From Candidatus Sumerlaeaceae bacterium (GTDB taxonomy: Bacteria; Sumerlaeota; Sumerlaeia; Sumerlaeales; Sumerlaeaceae): DNA of 64,000 nt. Where the stretch lies: contig JBMFRB010000009.1 in assembly GCA_049968255.1 (NCBI GenBank), positions 32,001-96,000 of the forward strand. Direction: 5' to 3'. Shown here piece after piece: positions 17,333 to 27,897 of the stretch. The stretch's first letter is position 1; each line of letters begins with the position of its first letter. The notes under the pieces are model-generated. The model was given only the letters and a program-made list of their open reading frames with translations, was not told the DNA's origin and searched no databases. The position numbers were made by a program, and so were the translations under genes.

Positions 17333-18022
17333 ATGGAAAACGCAGCAACGCCAGGACGCGCTCTACCCCTCATCGGTGAGAAGGCCCCCGCCTTCAAGGC
17401 CGAAACGACTCAAGGTCCAATCACCTTCCCTGATGACTTCAAAGGCAGTTGGGTGATCTTTTTTTCGCACCCAGCGGATTTCACGCCGGTCTGCACGACC
17501 GAATTCATGACCTTTGCCGCGAAACAAAAGCGCTTCGAGCAGCTCAACTGCAAGCTGCTCGGCCTCTCGATTGACAGCACGTATAGCCATATCGCCTGGT
17601 TGCGCACTATTCGTGAGCGCATTGAGTATAAAGGGATGAAGAACATCGAGGTCACCTTCCCCGTGATCAGCGACCTGACGATGGAAGTGTCGCGCCTCTA
17701 TGGAATGCTTCAGCCCTCGGCCAGCACCACGCAGGCGGTTCGCGCGGTCTTCGTCATTGATCCCCAAGCCATAGTGCGTGCCATACTCTACTACCCTCTT
17801 TCCAATGGGCGAAATATCGAAGAGATTGAGCGCCTACTCATCGCGCTTCAAACGACGGACAAGCACCAAATTGCCACGCCGGCGAATTGGCAGCCTGGCG
17901 ACGACGTGATCATTCCGCCGCCAGGTTCGTGCGGCGCAGCGAAGCAGCGTGTGGAATCGCCTCCGCCTGGGGCGAAGGTGCTCGATTGGTTCCTGACCCT
18001 GGCGCCCTGCCCGAAAGACTAA
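17333..18022 (+). CDS. Peroxiredoxin (Prx6 subfamily)
   Basis: FSHPADFTPVCTTE, GRNIEEI and ATPANWQPG. RBS AGGAGG. Confidence 0.95.
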   Translation: MENAATPGRALPLIGEKAPAFKAETTQGPITFPDDFKGSWVIFFSHPADFTPVCTTEFMTFAAKQKRFEQLNCKLLGLSIDSTYSHIAWLRTIRERIEYKGMKNIEVTFPVISDLTMEVSRLYGMLQPSASTTQAVRAVFVIDPQAIVRAILYYPLSNGRNIEEIERLLIALQTTDKHQIATPANWQPGDDVIIPPPGSCGAAKQRVESPPPGAKVLDWFLTLAPCPKD

Positions 18023-18144
18023 CTCATACACCAAGTGCGGGGCTGGAGCGTTTAGGGCACGCTTGGGCATGTGCAGGAGCAACATGAGGTGGCGATTGCC
18101 GCAGCACGCAGCTAATGTGCGCGGCAGTCGCCCTTCCATGTTCA

Positions 18145-20478
18145 TCACACCGTCCACTGGAGGAGTTCAAAATTCTCTGCCGGAATCCGCATATGAAGCG
18201 GCGCATGGGCTGGCAGCCGTTCAACTTCGCACCCGTCAATTTCCAGCGTCACGAAGAAGTCCAAAGGATCATTTGCTTTGAGGGGCAGCAGGCGCTGCGG
18301 GATTGCGATTTCAATGATTTCGCCGATAGCCACGCGAGCCGGAAGGCGCGCCTGCCCCGCTGAGTCCTTGTCTGCTGTGGATGATATGCTGCTGTTGCCT
18401 TTGGCACCGTTTTTCCCGGTGCCAAAGGTCGCTAACACGTGCGCCGGCTCTGGAGATTTTTTTGCGTCCTTAGTCGCCGCTTGGAAGGTGGCCGTATAGA
18501 CGCGGGCTTGTGTGCTGCGCTCAAGTCCGAGCTTTAGCCGCCACGCGCAGTCGCCGCTTGCAAGATGCAGCGAAAGTTCCACACGAGCCGGTTCGTCTGC
18601 GTGGAAAATCGTCGCGTCGGGATCGATACGATAATACAGATTCTGCGTGTCGAAACCAAAATACAGATGCTGCAAACGCATGCGCCCCGGATGCATCGAG
18701 GTCGAGGCAAGAGCGGGATCATAATGCCCTGCTCCGTACCATTCATAGAAGTGGGTCACGTAGCCATCGAGATTGGGGGAGATATAACACACCGGCGAGG
18801 TCATCTCGCGCGGCGCCGTGTGGCGCGAAATGGGAATGCGCAAAAAACCCGGCGGTTCAAGTCCAACCGCACGGCACGCCGCCGCGAGATGGTCACGGTA
18901 AAGTTGATCGAAAAGATCATCCATGCCACTAGAATGATCTTCGCCATACCACCAGTTCCAGTCGCTGCCTTCTGCAATGTAGAGCGATCGCCACGCCTGC
19001 TCAATCTGCTCAGGGGCCAGCTCGCTGCGATGTTGCTCGATGTGGCGCACGATAAGATCGCGCACGTCATGCAGATAATCCCACGAACGATTGTCTTCGC
19101 GGTGGCCAATCCAAATGCTGAAATCGTGGTTGATCCAGCTTCCTGGGAACAGGCGAGGAATCGTTCGCGTGGGTGGAAACTTATCGAGGTAGTCGGCGAG
19201 CCTCACAGTTTCAATGGCCGCAGAAAGACTGAGCCGCTGATAAAGAGCGCGCAAGAATGTCAGGCCATCGCGTTCATAATGCTCCCAGCAGTTCTCGCCG
19301 TCGAGGATGATTGGAACAAGCCACGGCTGCCCCTCGCGTTCGGCCATCAACGCGATCATCTCCAACCGCCGCACAAGATCCTCTGCGGCATCCTCGGGAT
19401 CCCAGCCCGCGTACTGAAATCCAATGAGGTCGCTGATGTGGTGGTCGCGGAATACCATCTTGAGGCGTGCATCCTCATGTGTGACCCACCAAGGGCCGTA
19501 GAGCAGTTCTGCATTGAGCACATGTCCACGCAGATCACGCCGAATCGGTTGCCCCACGCTGTGGGCAAGGACTTCCTCGTCACTTGCAATCCATTCGATT
19601 CCATACTTGGCGAAAATGGGGATGATGTCGGGCGCAACACTGCCCTCCGCGGGCCACATGCCGCGCGGTGGGCGGCCGAACCATTTCGTGTAGAACTCGA
19701 CGGCCCGACGCACCTGTTCCTCTGCGTCCTCAGGATGCTGAAATCGGCGCTTTGGTAGCGGAATTGCCGGGTGCGCCACTCGGGCAAGATTCGTGTCGCA
19801 TAGTAAGGGGAGAATAGGATGATAAAACGGTGTGGTCGAAACCTCAATTTGGCCCCGTTCCTGCCGCCTCCGATAAGTCGGAATCATTTCGCGAAGGATT
19901 TGCAGGTGCTTGTGCAAGACGTAGTGCTTGTCTTCCTCAGAGAAGCCGCGCCCTTTGCGCAAGAGCTCCTGAAGTTTGTGATCGCTCTCCACGAAAAGCG
20001 GATCAATCCAAACCAGGTTGTACCACACCTGAAGGTCCCGGATCGCCTGGTTATTATAAAGCTGAACCACGGAGCGCAATTCTTCCTGCGAACGCGCCCA
20101 ACCGCGAAGCTCATAAAGTTCGCGGTAGCGTGGGTAAGGCCGGATCATATTCTCGTACTGCGCGTGAAAAAACCGCTCGAGAATGACGCATTTCTCTGTT
20201 TCAGAGAGATCAGAAGGATCAGGCACCGAGAGATCCCAGATAATGTCCGTGGCCCCATGTTCGGCGTAGTCGAGCACCTGTTCCAGGAGCGAGGGGACGA
20301 GGTTTACCGTCATGCGGATATCCGGGAATTCGTCGAGGAGCAGGACCATATCCACGTAATCCTTGGCGGCATGCATCCGCACCCAAGGCATGAAGTACGT
20401 GCCGGTTATCAGGTCCTTGTAATAAGGCTGATGCATGTGCCAAAGAAACGCAACGTACAATGGTTTTTCGCTGCTCAT
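18145..20478 (-). CDS. Glycoside hydrolase family 57 (amylopullulanase-like)
   Basis: WHMHQP, HPILPLL, GMWPAEG, LDGENCWE and AEGSDWNWWYG. Confidence 0.93.
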   Translation of the reverse strand: MSSEKPLYVAFLWHMHQPYYKDLITGTYFMPWVRMHAAKDYVDMVLLLDEFPDIRMTVNLVPSLLEQVLDYAEHGATDIIWDLSVPDPSDLSETEKCVILERFFHAQYENMIRPYPRYRELYELRGWARSQEELRSVVQLYNNQAIRDLQVWYNLVWIDPLFVESDHKLQELLRKGRGFSEEDKHYVLHKHLQILREMIPTYRRRQERGQIEVSTTPFYHPILPLLCDTNLARVAHPAIPLPKRRFQHPEDAEEQVRRAVEFYTKWFGRPPRGMWPAEGSVAPDIIPIFAKYGIEWIASDEEVLAHSVGQPIRRDLRGHVLNAELLYGPWWVTHEDARLKMVFRDHHISDLIGFQYAGWDPEDAAEDLVRRLEMIALMAEREGQPWLVPIILDGENCWEHYERDGLTFLRALYQRLSLSAAIETVRLADYLDKFPPTRTIPRLFPGSWINHDFSIWIGHREDNRSWDYLHDVRDLIVRHIEQHRSELAPEQIEQAWRSLYIAEGSDWNWWYGEDHSSGMDDLFDQLYRDHLAAACRAVGLEPPGFLRIPISRHTAPREMTSPVCYISPNLDGYVTHFYEWYGAGHYDPALASTSMHPGRMRLQHLYFGFDTQNLYYRIDPDATIFHADEPARVELSLHLASGDCAWRLKLGLERSTQARVYTATFQAATKDAKKSPEPAHVLATFGTGKNGAKGNSSISSTADKDSAGQARLPARVAIGEIIEIAIPQRLLPLKANDPLDFFVTLEIDGCEVERLPAHAPLHMRIPAENFELLQWTV

Positions 20479-20843
20479 CCGGCTTTTTCTCGGCGTGAAA
20501 TTTATGTTTGTTGACCTAAATTAGAACGATCCAAACGCATCTGTAAAGAGCAAAAACAAAATCCCTCCCACAAACTCACCCGTCATGTCTTTGCTGTGGC
20601 TTTTCCGACCTGGGCCATTGCGTCAAACCTAATCCTACGCCTTTTGGCCCGCTCGTGGCCACGAGGCAGACGTGCTGCCGCCAGCCATCTTTGCCAAATT
20701 CTTCAGGGATTCGGAGCACGTGAAGTCCGGAAAATTGAGATCTTATGGGTGCGGATGCCAAGCGCTAACTTTTGCTGTCGACGGACATACGCCAGCTCTG
20801 CTCAGCGCGGCAGGAACATCTCTTCATTGTAGCCCGGGGAGCA

Positions 20844-21887
20844 TCAATCTTTATTCGGGATAAGCACAAATTTTCCGATGTGCTCGGCTTTCTCCATGGT
20901 GGCATGGGCCTCACGCACCTGCTCGAGCGCAAATGCTCCTGCGATCTTTTGAAGAAAAATCCCTTGTGCGGCAAGGTTGAGCACCTCGTGCTGGCCAACT
21001 TCCGTTGCCTGCGCATTCTCCAAGAGTTCGCCCAGGACCCAGCCGCGTAAGGAGGCGCGTTTGCGAATGACAGGCGTCACGTCCACCACGCCTGGGCGTT
21101 CCAAAAGCCCATAGAGCCAGATTGTTCCCCCGCGCGCCAAGCACCGAATTTCATAATCGAGATAAGGGCCTGCGGCCACGGGATCAAAAAAGACGTCTAC
21201 GCCCGCGCCATCAGTGACTCGCGCCACATCGCGGTACCAGGGGCGCAGTTGGCCGTTATCGTCGTGCGTCGCGATCACCCAATCGAATTGAGCTTCGGGC
21301 AAAGTCCGAAGCGCTTGAGCTTTGGCCTCCGTGCGCGTCAGCCCCAGGGTCCTCGCGCCAGCCTGGCGCCCGACCTGCGAGGCAGCAAGCCCCACGCTGC
21401 TCGATGCCGCGGGAATCCCAACCACTTGCCCAGCTTGCAATTGCTGTTTCCAAATGAGGCATCCCCACGCTGTGAGGTGCGATAGCCATAAGGTGCCAGC
21501 CGGAGCACGCGGCAACCCAGGGGGAGCTGGCAGTGCGAGTTCGGCCGGCACCACATAGTGTGTGCGATACGTTCCCTCGACCGGGCGCTGCATTCCGCCT
21601 TGGCGCCGCGGTGCTCGCGCATCAAGGACGACGAATTGTCCGATGCGCGACTGCGGAACATCTTCGCCGACTTGGTCAATCACTCCAGCTCCTTCCAAAC
21701 CTGGCGTAAACGGTGGCTCACCAGAGTAAAGTTTATAGTCCCCCCGGCGCGCCATAAGGTCTGCGTGGTTGATCCCTACACTTGTCAGCCGTACGCGAAC
21801 CTCTCCTCGCCCCGGCACGGGATCCGGACGCTCGCAAACTTGCAGCACTTCAGGACCACCAAACTGCTCGACAATCACAATTTTCAT
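20844..21887 (-). CDS. Quinone oxidoreductase / MDR-family dehydrogenase
   Basis: GGPEVL, GINHAD...RG.Y, PGLEGAG, AASSSVG and HIGKFVL. Start at the ATG at 21887. Confidence 0.88.
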   Translation of the reverse strand: MKIVIVEQFGGPEVLQVCERPDPVPGRGEVRVRLTSVGINHADLMARRGDYKLYSGEPPFTPGLEGAGVIDQVGEDVPQSRIGQFVVLDARAPRRQGGMQRPVEGTYRTHYVVPAELALPAPPGLPRAPAGTLWLSHLTAWGCLIWKQQLQAGQVVGIPAASSSVGLAASQVGRQAGARTLGLTRTEAKAQALRTLPEAQFDWVIATHDDNGQLRPWYRDVARVTDGAGVDVFFDPVAAGPYLDYEIRCLARGGTIWLYGLLERPGVVDVTPVIRKRASLRGWVLGELLENAQATEVGQHEVLNLAAQGIFLQKIAGAFALEQVREAHATMEKAEHIGKFVLIPNKD

Positions 21888-21988
21888 GGGTCTGAGTCTG
21901 CCCCCGACCTCACACTCAGGTCGAGAGAAAATCCGCACCGACAACTTTCCATTGACCCACCCCCCTCCTGTCTTCAGCCTGCGGGACG

Positions 21989-22921
21989 ATGGAACTGGGG
22001 CTTTCAACACGGCATGACGCACCGCATGGTTTTCGCATCTGCGTGTTGGCCAGCGGCTCTGCAGGCAATTGTACTCTGCTCCTTGATGGAGAGCAGATCG
22101 TGTTTATTGACGTTGGCCTCTCCGCAAAGACAATTGTGGAAGCCAGCCGTCGCCTTGGTGTGGCGTTGGCCCATCCACGTTATCGTTTGGCCGAGGAGAA
22201 AACCGCTTGCGCGCCGCTGCTGAAGCCGGTGGCCGCGCTCCTGACCCACACACACGCCGACCACATCAATAACGGAGGACTTTCCCTTCTGCCGCACAAT
22301 GACGTGACGCTCTTTGCCCATGCCAGTCATCTTGCGGCGCTCAACGGCCATCAACATATTAGCAAGCTAAAAGACATGCGCCGGGTGGAGCAATTCAGAT
22401 GCGCTCCTTTTCAGCTTACCTCGCGAACGTTTGCGCACCCGCTCGTGCTGTCGCACGATTGTTCGCATACGTTTGGTTTTGTGTTTGTCCACAAAGCGGG
22501 GCGCGGACGCGAGCACAAGTTCAGCTACGTGGCTGATTTGGGAGCCTTTGACGACGATCTTGTCGAAGCTCTTGCCGACAGCGAAGTCCTGGCCATCGAA
22601 TTCAATCATGACGAACACATGGAGCGCATGAGCGGGCGCTCGCCGGCCACGATCGAGCGTGTGCTTGGACCTTACGGTCATCTCTCGAATCGCGATGCAG
22701 CAGCGTTGCTCGAAAAGGTTATTCGCCGGAGCCATCCCAAAAGGCGCCCCCGCGACATCATTCTTTTGCACCTTTCCCGCGACTGTAATACGCCGCGCCA
22801 CGCCTTGCGCGAAGCTCATGCCGCGCTTGCCCGTTGCGGATGCAATAGTCGCGTCTTGGTGGCGCGCCAGGATGAGCCGCTGCAACCGATTTCGCTGCTT
22901 GACGGGGGCTGTCGCGTATGA
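21989..22921 (+). CDS. MBL-fold metallo-hydrolase (YycJ/WalJ-like)
   Basis: LASGSAGN, THTHADH, SHD, EFNHD, GHLSN and HLSRDCN. Confidence 0.9.
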   Translation: MELGLSTRHDAPHGFRICVLASGSAGNCTLLLDGEQIVFIDVGLSAKTIVEASRRLGVALAHPRYRLAEEKTACAPLLKPVAALLTHTHADHINNGGLSLLPHNDVTLFAHASHLAALNGHQHISKLKDMRRVEQFRCAPFQLTSRTFAHPLVLSHDCSHTFGFVFVHKAGRGREHKFSYVADLGAFDDDLVEALADSEVLAIEFNHDEHMERMSGRSPATIERVLGPYGHLSNRDAAALLEKVIRRSHPKRRPRDIILLHLSRDCNTPRHALREAHAALARCGCNSRVLVARQDEPLQPISLLDGGCRV

Positions 22922-23838
22922 GCGTGGCGTCGCAAGCTCCACTCGTCAGCGTTATTGTGCCAGTGCTCAATGGCATGCCAACACTTGCCATGCTGCTTGC
23001 TCAGTTGGATCAACAAACCTATCCTCGCGAGAAGTGGGAGATTATCGTGGTGGACAACGGCTCGACCGACGGCAGCCGAGAGCTCGTCGAGCAGTTTGTC
23101 GCTGAGCGGCCGTGGGCTCGGTTGGTGCACGAGCTGCGACGAGGCCCAAGCGCCGCACGCAATGCAGGTGTCCGCGCCAGCCGTGGACAAATTCTTACCT
23201 TCATAGATTCCGATTGTATCCCGGGACCCCAATGGTTGGTGGAACTCGTTGGCGCGTTTAGCGATCGCACTGTTTGGGCTGCGGGCGGACTCCTCAAGTC
23301 GGCCGCCCCGAGTACCCTCACCGAGGCATTTTCGGCGCGCCAGGAAATCCTCAATCAGGAGGATTTTTTCAAAGAGCGCCCTTACAAACCCCCATTTCTC
23401 CTCACCGCAAATTTCGCCGTGCGGCGACCCGTGTTTGAGCGTGTCGGATTCTTCGACGAAACCTTGTGTGTGGGAGAAGACGCGGACTTCTGCTGGCGGA
23501 TCCTTGAAGCTGGTGGCAAGCTCGCACTCGTGCGCCGAGCCATCGTCGCCCACCGCCATCGCTCAACTCTTCGCAGCTTTGCTCGTCAGATGTTCCTTTA
23601 TGGCATTGGCTCGGCGACAACCTTTGCGCGACATCGCGAATTCATTGGCCACAAGGTTTGGCTCGATGTGACTTCCTATCGCTCCTTGCTCAAGGCCATC
23701 GTGAAGGCCTTGCTCTATCCTATCATCAAGCGGGATCCCTACCTTCGGCGCGAAGGCTGGCTCGAGCTAGTCCGCTATGCGTGTTTTCTTGCCGGACGTT
23801 TTGTGGGGTCGTGCCGCAACAGGGTGGTGTGCCTATGA
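22918..23838 (+). CDS. Glycosyltransferase family 2
   Basis: VSVIVP, VVDNGSTD, ARNAG, FIDSD and GEDADF. Confidence 0.92.
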   Translation: MSVASQAPLVSVIVPVLNGMPTLAMLLAQLDQQTYPREKWEIIVVDNGSTDGSRELVEQFVAERPWARLVHELRRGPSAARNAGVRASRGQILTFIDSDCIPGPQWLVELVGAFSDRTVWAAGGLLKSAAPSTLTEAFSARQEILNQEDFFKERPYKPPFLLTANFAVRRPVFERVGFFDETLCVGEDADFCWRILEAGGKLALVRRAIVAHRHRSTLRSFARQMFLYGIGSATTFARHREFIGHKVWLDVTSYRSLLKAIVKALLYPIIKRDPYLRREGWLELVRYACFLAGRFVGSCRNRVVCL

Positions 23839-25235
23839 AAACTCGGCGCGTGGTGGCTCATACAGTGTTGCGGACGACCGCGCCTGCGCCAAAGTGGCGA
23901 CGATGGCTGTGGCTACCGCTTCAGCTCATCGTTTTCCTCACGCTTTTGCTTTTGATTCCAGTGGCGACGGGGCTACGGCGCCTCGTGCTTTGGATCGCTC
24001 GCTATCGGCCGCAGCGGGAACTCCAGAGCGACGATTTCGACGTGATCGCCGTTAGCCACGTCCCATGGTCGCACATCTGGCAGCGTAATCACCACACCAT
24101 GACCCGTCTGGCACGCGCGCGGAAAATTGTCTACGTCGAAGATTTCGCGACGAGCTATCTCCATATTTTTGCGCGCTGGGTTCCCGGAAGTTTTTATGCC
24201 TTTTTCATGCGGCATCCGGCGGTCGTCATCCGTCATCCGCTGCTATTCCCCGGCGAATCGCGCAGTCATTGGGTGCGTCGCCTTAACCGCTGGCTTCTCG
24301 ACACGCATATTCGCTGGTACGAATGGCGCTTCGGCCTGCGCAATGTGGTGCTTTGGTTCTATTATCCTGCCGGCGTCTATGTGCTCGAAAGCTACTCGCC
24401 GGTGGCCGTCGTTTACGACATTCAGGACGAGTACAGCGCTTTTGCGTGGGCGCCTCGCGATATTTCTCAGCGCGAGCAAGAGTTGCTTCGTCGCGCCGAT
24501 GTGATCTTTGCTGGTACCCATGCCCTTTATCAAACCAAATGCTGTCACGCATCTTGCCCCTCGTATTTCTATCCTTGCGGGGTAGAGTTCGACCATTTTC
24601 ATGCCGCTGCACCAAATGCCGAATTGCCGCTCGCCGAGCCGCGTGAGCTTGAGGGTGTCACACATCCGCGGCTTATCTACATGGGGCTGATCGATGCCCG
24701 CGTTGACGGCCGCCTCATCGCCGAAGTCGCCAAAGAGCACCCCGCCTGGCAGATTCTCATGCTGGGGCCCGTGGATATTGGCCAATTCAAGGATTTCGAC
24801 GCACTGCTTGCCCTGCCCAATGTGCACTTCTTCGGCTCGATTGCTTACCGCCGCCTTCCCGCTTTCCTTGCCCACAGTGAGGTCTGCATCATGCCATGGA
24901 AAGTCAATGAGCTTACGCGTCACATTAATCCCACAAAAACGTTGGAATACCTTAGCACAGCGCATCCCGTTGTCAGCATCCGCCTTCCTGATCTTGAGAA
25001 TTTTTTCGGCGAGTGCGTGGGGCTGGCTGATAACGCCGCGGAGTTCATCGCCGAATGCGAGGCAGCGCTGGCGGGCCACTATTCGCAACGCATCGCCAAG
25101 GGGTTAGAAATGGCGCGTTCCTTCTCGTGGGAGAAAGTCGTCGGAGAAATGGAGGAACATGTGCGTGAGGCTATCCGACGGCGGCGGTCCCGCACTCAAC
25201 AATCCCGTGCGCAAATGCTCTCAACAGGAGGCTAG
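23835..25235 (+). CDS. GT-B glycosyltransferase (TuaH-like) with N-terminal membrane segment
   Basis: WQRNHH, VVYDIQDEY, GVEFDHF, MG.ID.R.D and NPTKTLEYL. ATGA overlap with the upstream gene. Confidence 0.85.
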   Translation: MKTRRVVAHTVLRTTAPAPKWRRWLWLPLQLIVFLTLLLLIPVATGLRRLVLWIARYRPQRELQSDDFDVIAVSHVPWSHIWQRNHHTMTRLARARKIVYVEDFATSYLHIFARWVPGSFYAFFMRHPAVVIRHPLLFPGESRSHWVRRLNRWLLDTHIRWYEWRFGLRNVVLWFYYPAGVYVLESYSPVAVVYDIQDEYSAFAWAPRDISQREQELLRRADVIFAGTHALYQTKCCHASCPSYFYPCGVEFDHFHAAAPNAELPLAEPRELEGVTHPRLIYMGLIDARVDGRLIAEVAKEHPAWQILMLGPVDIGQFKDFDALLALPNVHFFGSIAYRRLPAFLAHSEVCIMPWKVNELTRHINPTKTLEYLSTAHPVVSIRLPDLENFFGECVGLADNAAEFIAECEAALAGHYSQRIAKGLEMARSFSWEKVVGEMEEHVREAIRRRRSRTQQSRAQMLSTGG

Positions 25236-25237
25236 CC

Positions 25238-26047
25238 ATGAAAGGTTTCGATTGGTCGCGCAAAGTCATGATTGGCATGGTGCACTTACGGGCGTTGCCA
25301 GGCACGCCGCGCGCGTCACTCACCATGCGTGAGATATGTGCGACAGCTGTGCGCGAGGCTGCACTTCTCCGCGAGGCGGGATTCGATGCCGTGCTCATCG
25401 AAAATATGCACGATGTTCCTTACGTGCGCCGCAATGTTGGTCCCGAGATCACAGCGGCAGTAACAGCAGCCCTCTGCGCGGTGCGCCAGGCAGTGGATTG
25501 TCCCATAGGAGTTCAGATTCTTGCCGGCGCGAATCAGCAAGCACTTGCGGCTGCATTCGCGGCTGATGCTCAGTTCGTGCGCTGCGAGGGATTTGTCTTC
25601 GGCCACATTGCTGACGAGGGCTGGATCGAGTCCGATGCGGGCGAGCTCCTGCGCATGCGCAAAGCAATCGGTGCCCACCACGTTGCCGTTTTCGCGGATG
25701 TGAAGAAAAAGCATTCAAGCCACGCCGTCACAAGCGACGTCTCGCTGGGGGAAACAGCTCAGGCTGCCGAATTCTTCGGCGCAGATGGAATCATTGTCAC
25801 AGGGCGCGCGACCGCAGAGCCGACCGCTGGCTCCGACCTGCAGCAAGTGCGGCAAGCGACGCAACTGCCCGTTCTCGTCGGCTCCGGAACTACTCTTGAA
25901 ACTCTTGCTGAGCATTGGTCCAACGCCGACGGATTTATCGTGGGATCGTGGCTCAAGTCTCACGGTCGCTGGGATGAAGAGATAGACCCCGAACGGGTCG
26001 CCCTGCTTATGGCCGCGGCCCGCCGCCTGCGTGAGGCGACGCCTTAG
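25238..26047 (+). CDS. BtpA/SgcQ family protein
   Basis: IGMVHL.ALPG, IENMHD.PY, ADVKKKHS, IVTG..T and VLVGSG. Confidence 0.92.
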   Translation: MKGFDWSRKVMIGMVHLRALPGTPRASLTMREICATAVREAALLREAGFDAVLIENMHDVPYVRRNVGPEITAAVTAALCAVRQAVDCPIGVQILAGANQQALAAAFAADAQFVRCEGFVFGHIADEGWIESDAGELLRMRKAIGAHHVAVFADVKKKHSSHAVTSDVSLGETAQAAEFFGADGIIVTGRATAEPTAGSDLQQVRQATQLPVLVGSGTTLETLAEHWSNADGFIVGSWLKSHGRWDEEIDPERVALLMAAARRLREATP

Positions 26048-26421
26048 TCCTCGACCACCACATCGATGGGATGGATGCCACGACCTCCGGTAACAATACA
26101 GGGTTCGCCGCATTGGGCGCATTCCACGACGGGCTCCGCTTGATGGCCATCAGCATCGCCGACCCCGACCGTGCCGGTGTAGCCACATTTGCGACATTTG
26201 TATTGAGCAGGGACTATTTCGAGCTGGAGCTGTGCCCCTTCGAGCAAAGTATTTTTCGTCAAAACTTCGAACGCCTGTTTGAAACTTGCCTCTGAGTGGA
26301 TGTCGAGCGCGCCAATGCGCAGAACGATTTCTTTCACAGCGCCAACCGTCGAAACACCTTCGCGTTCGAGGCTCTTTTGCAAGCTTGCTACCACGTCTTC
26401 CATCAAACTGTATTCATGCAT
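26044..26421 (-). CDS. hypA: Hydrogenase maturation nickel metallochaperone HypA/HybF
   Basis: N-terminal MHE motif, two CxxC motifs (CRKC, CAQC) and TGGR. Confidence 0.85.
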   Translation of the reverse strand: MHEYSLMEDVVASLQKSLEREGVSTVGAVKEIVLRIGALDIHSEASFKQAFEVLTKNTLLEGAQLQLEIVPAQYKCRKCGYTGTVGVGDADGHQAEPVVECAQCGEPCIVTGGRGIHPIDVVVED

Positions 26422-26478
26422 CGTTTGCCTCCTCAGCCAAAATGTAGGGAGCGCGCTTCCACCACGCACCGACCCTTC

Positions 26479-27771
26479 CTAGGGCCGCCCGATGCTAAAG
26501 TACTCGAAGCCGTACTTGCGCACCCGCTCTGGCTGGTAAATGTTACGCCCGTCGAAAATAATCGGCTGGCGCACCTTCTGGCGCAGCTTTTCCAGGTTCA
26601 GCAGCTTGAACTCGTTCCAGTCGGTTACGATGACAACAGCATCTGCTCCCTCGGCAGCTTCGTAAGCGCTTTTGCAAAAAACCACATCGCGAAGAACCTT
26701 CTCCGCGTTCTCTATAGCTACCGGATCGTACGCTCGGATTTTTGCTTTCTTTTCCTGGAGCAGTTGGATAATTTCGAGACTTTTGGCTTCGCGCAGATCG
26801 TCGGTATTGGGTTTAAAGGCCAGGCCGAGGATGGCGAATGTCTTGCCTGCAAAATCGCCCAACCGCTCTTCCATGCGCCGCACGAATCGCGGCACACGGT
26901 CTTCGTTGATTGCTAGCACAGCGTCCAACAGCGAACTGTCCTCGCCAAGCTGACGCGTGACGTGGCGTAGGCTGAGTGTATCTTTCGGAAAGCACGAACC
27001 GCCAAATCCGAGTCCGGCCTGCAGGAACTCTGCTCCGATTCGTTTGTCATAGCCCATGCCCTTGGCCACCAGCATGACGTCGGCCCCTGCCTTTTCGCAA
27101 ATGTTGGCGATTGCGTTGATGAAAGAGATTTTCGTCGCCAGGAAAGCGTTCGACGCATATTTGATCATCTCGGCGCTTTCCACGTCTGTAATGAGCATCG
27201 GCACTTCCAGCGGGGCATAAAGCTCGAGCAACGCCATGGCCACGTGTTGGCTGGGGGCGCCGATGACGATGCGGTCCGGATGCATCGAATCATAAACCGC
27301 TGAACCCTCCTTCAAAAATTCCGGGTTCGACACGACGTCAAAATCCACGAGGCGGCGCCGATGCTGCTCGATTATGCGTCGCACAAAGTCGCCGGTTCCC
27401 ACAGGCACAGTGCTCTTGTTCACGATAATTTTGTAGCTGTCCATGTGGTAGGCAATTTCTTTCGCCGCTGCTTCCACCTGGCTCAGGTCGGTCTCGCCGT
27501 TGTCTTTTGGCGGGGTGCCAACCGCGATGAAAATCACGAGGGAACGCTTGACGCCTTCCGCAATGTCGGTGGTGAACGCAATGCGGCCCTCGTCGAGATT
27601 GCGCCGCACAATTTCTTCCAACCCCGGCTCGTAGATCGGCATGTCGGCGCGCTTCAAGCGCTCGATCTTCGATTCATCCTTGTCCACGCAAATCACATCG
27701 TTGCCAAGATCAGCAAAGGTGGCGCCTGTCACAAGGCCCACGTAGCCGGTTCCAATGACGCAAACGTTCAC
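26479..27771 (-). CDS. ugd: UDP-glucose 6-dehydrogenase
   Basis: GTGYVG, KSTVPVGT, SNPEFLKEG, KYASNAFLA and GFGGSCFPKD. Confidence 0.95.
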   Translation of the reverse strand: MNVCVIGTGYVGLVTGATFADLGNDVICVDKDESKIERLKRADMPIYEPGLEEIVRRNLDEGRIAFTTDIAEGVKRSLVIFIAVGTPPKDNGETDLSQVEAAAKEIAYHMDSYKIIVNKSTVPVGTGDFVRRIIEQHRRRLVDFDVVSNPEFLKEGSAVYDSMHPDRIVIGAPSQHVAMALLELYAPLEVPMLITDVESAEMIKYASNAFLATKISFINAIANICEKAGADVMLVAKGMGYDKRIGAEFLQAGLGFGGSCFPKDTLSLRHVTRQLGEDSSLLDAVLAINEDRVPRFVRRMEERLGDFAGKTFAILGLAFKPNTDDLREAKSLEIIQLLQEKKAKIRAYDPVAIENAEKVLRDVVFCKSAYEAAEGADAVVIVTDWNEFKLLNLEKLRQKVRQPIIFDGRNIYQPERVRKYGFEYFSIGRP

Positions 27772-27897
27772 TCTCGCCTTTCCTTTCTCGTTGTCAAAGC
27801 TCGCCTACTTGTCGCAAATGCACCGGTCAGAAAATTTCCGCTGAAATTCTGTCCGGCAAAAAACACCTCTCATCGCAAAAGCAAGTTGCAGGAGCGT

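Noticed and set aside
18565-19758. 397-aa plus-strand ORF, and similar long antisense ORFs such as 24243-25088, 27361-28188, 36757-37593 and 48854-49702
   Set aside because: They lie opposite well-supported genes, as expected from codon bias at this GC content.
20480-20843. 365-bp intergenic region as a possible ncRNA or small gene
   Set aside because: No recognisable RNA motif, strong stem or credible ORF.
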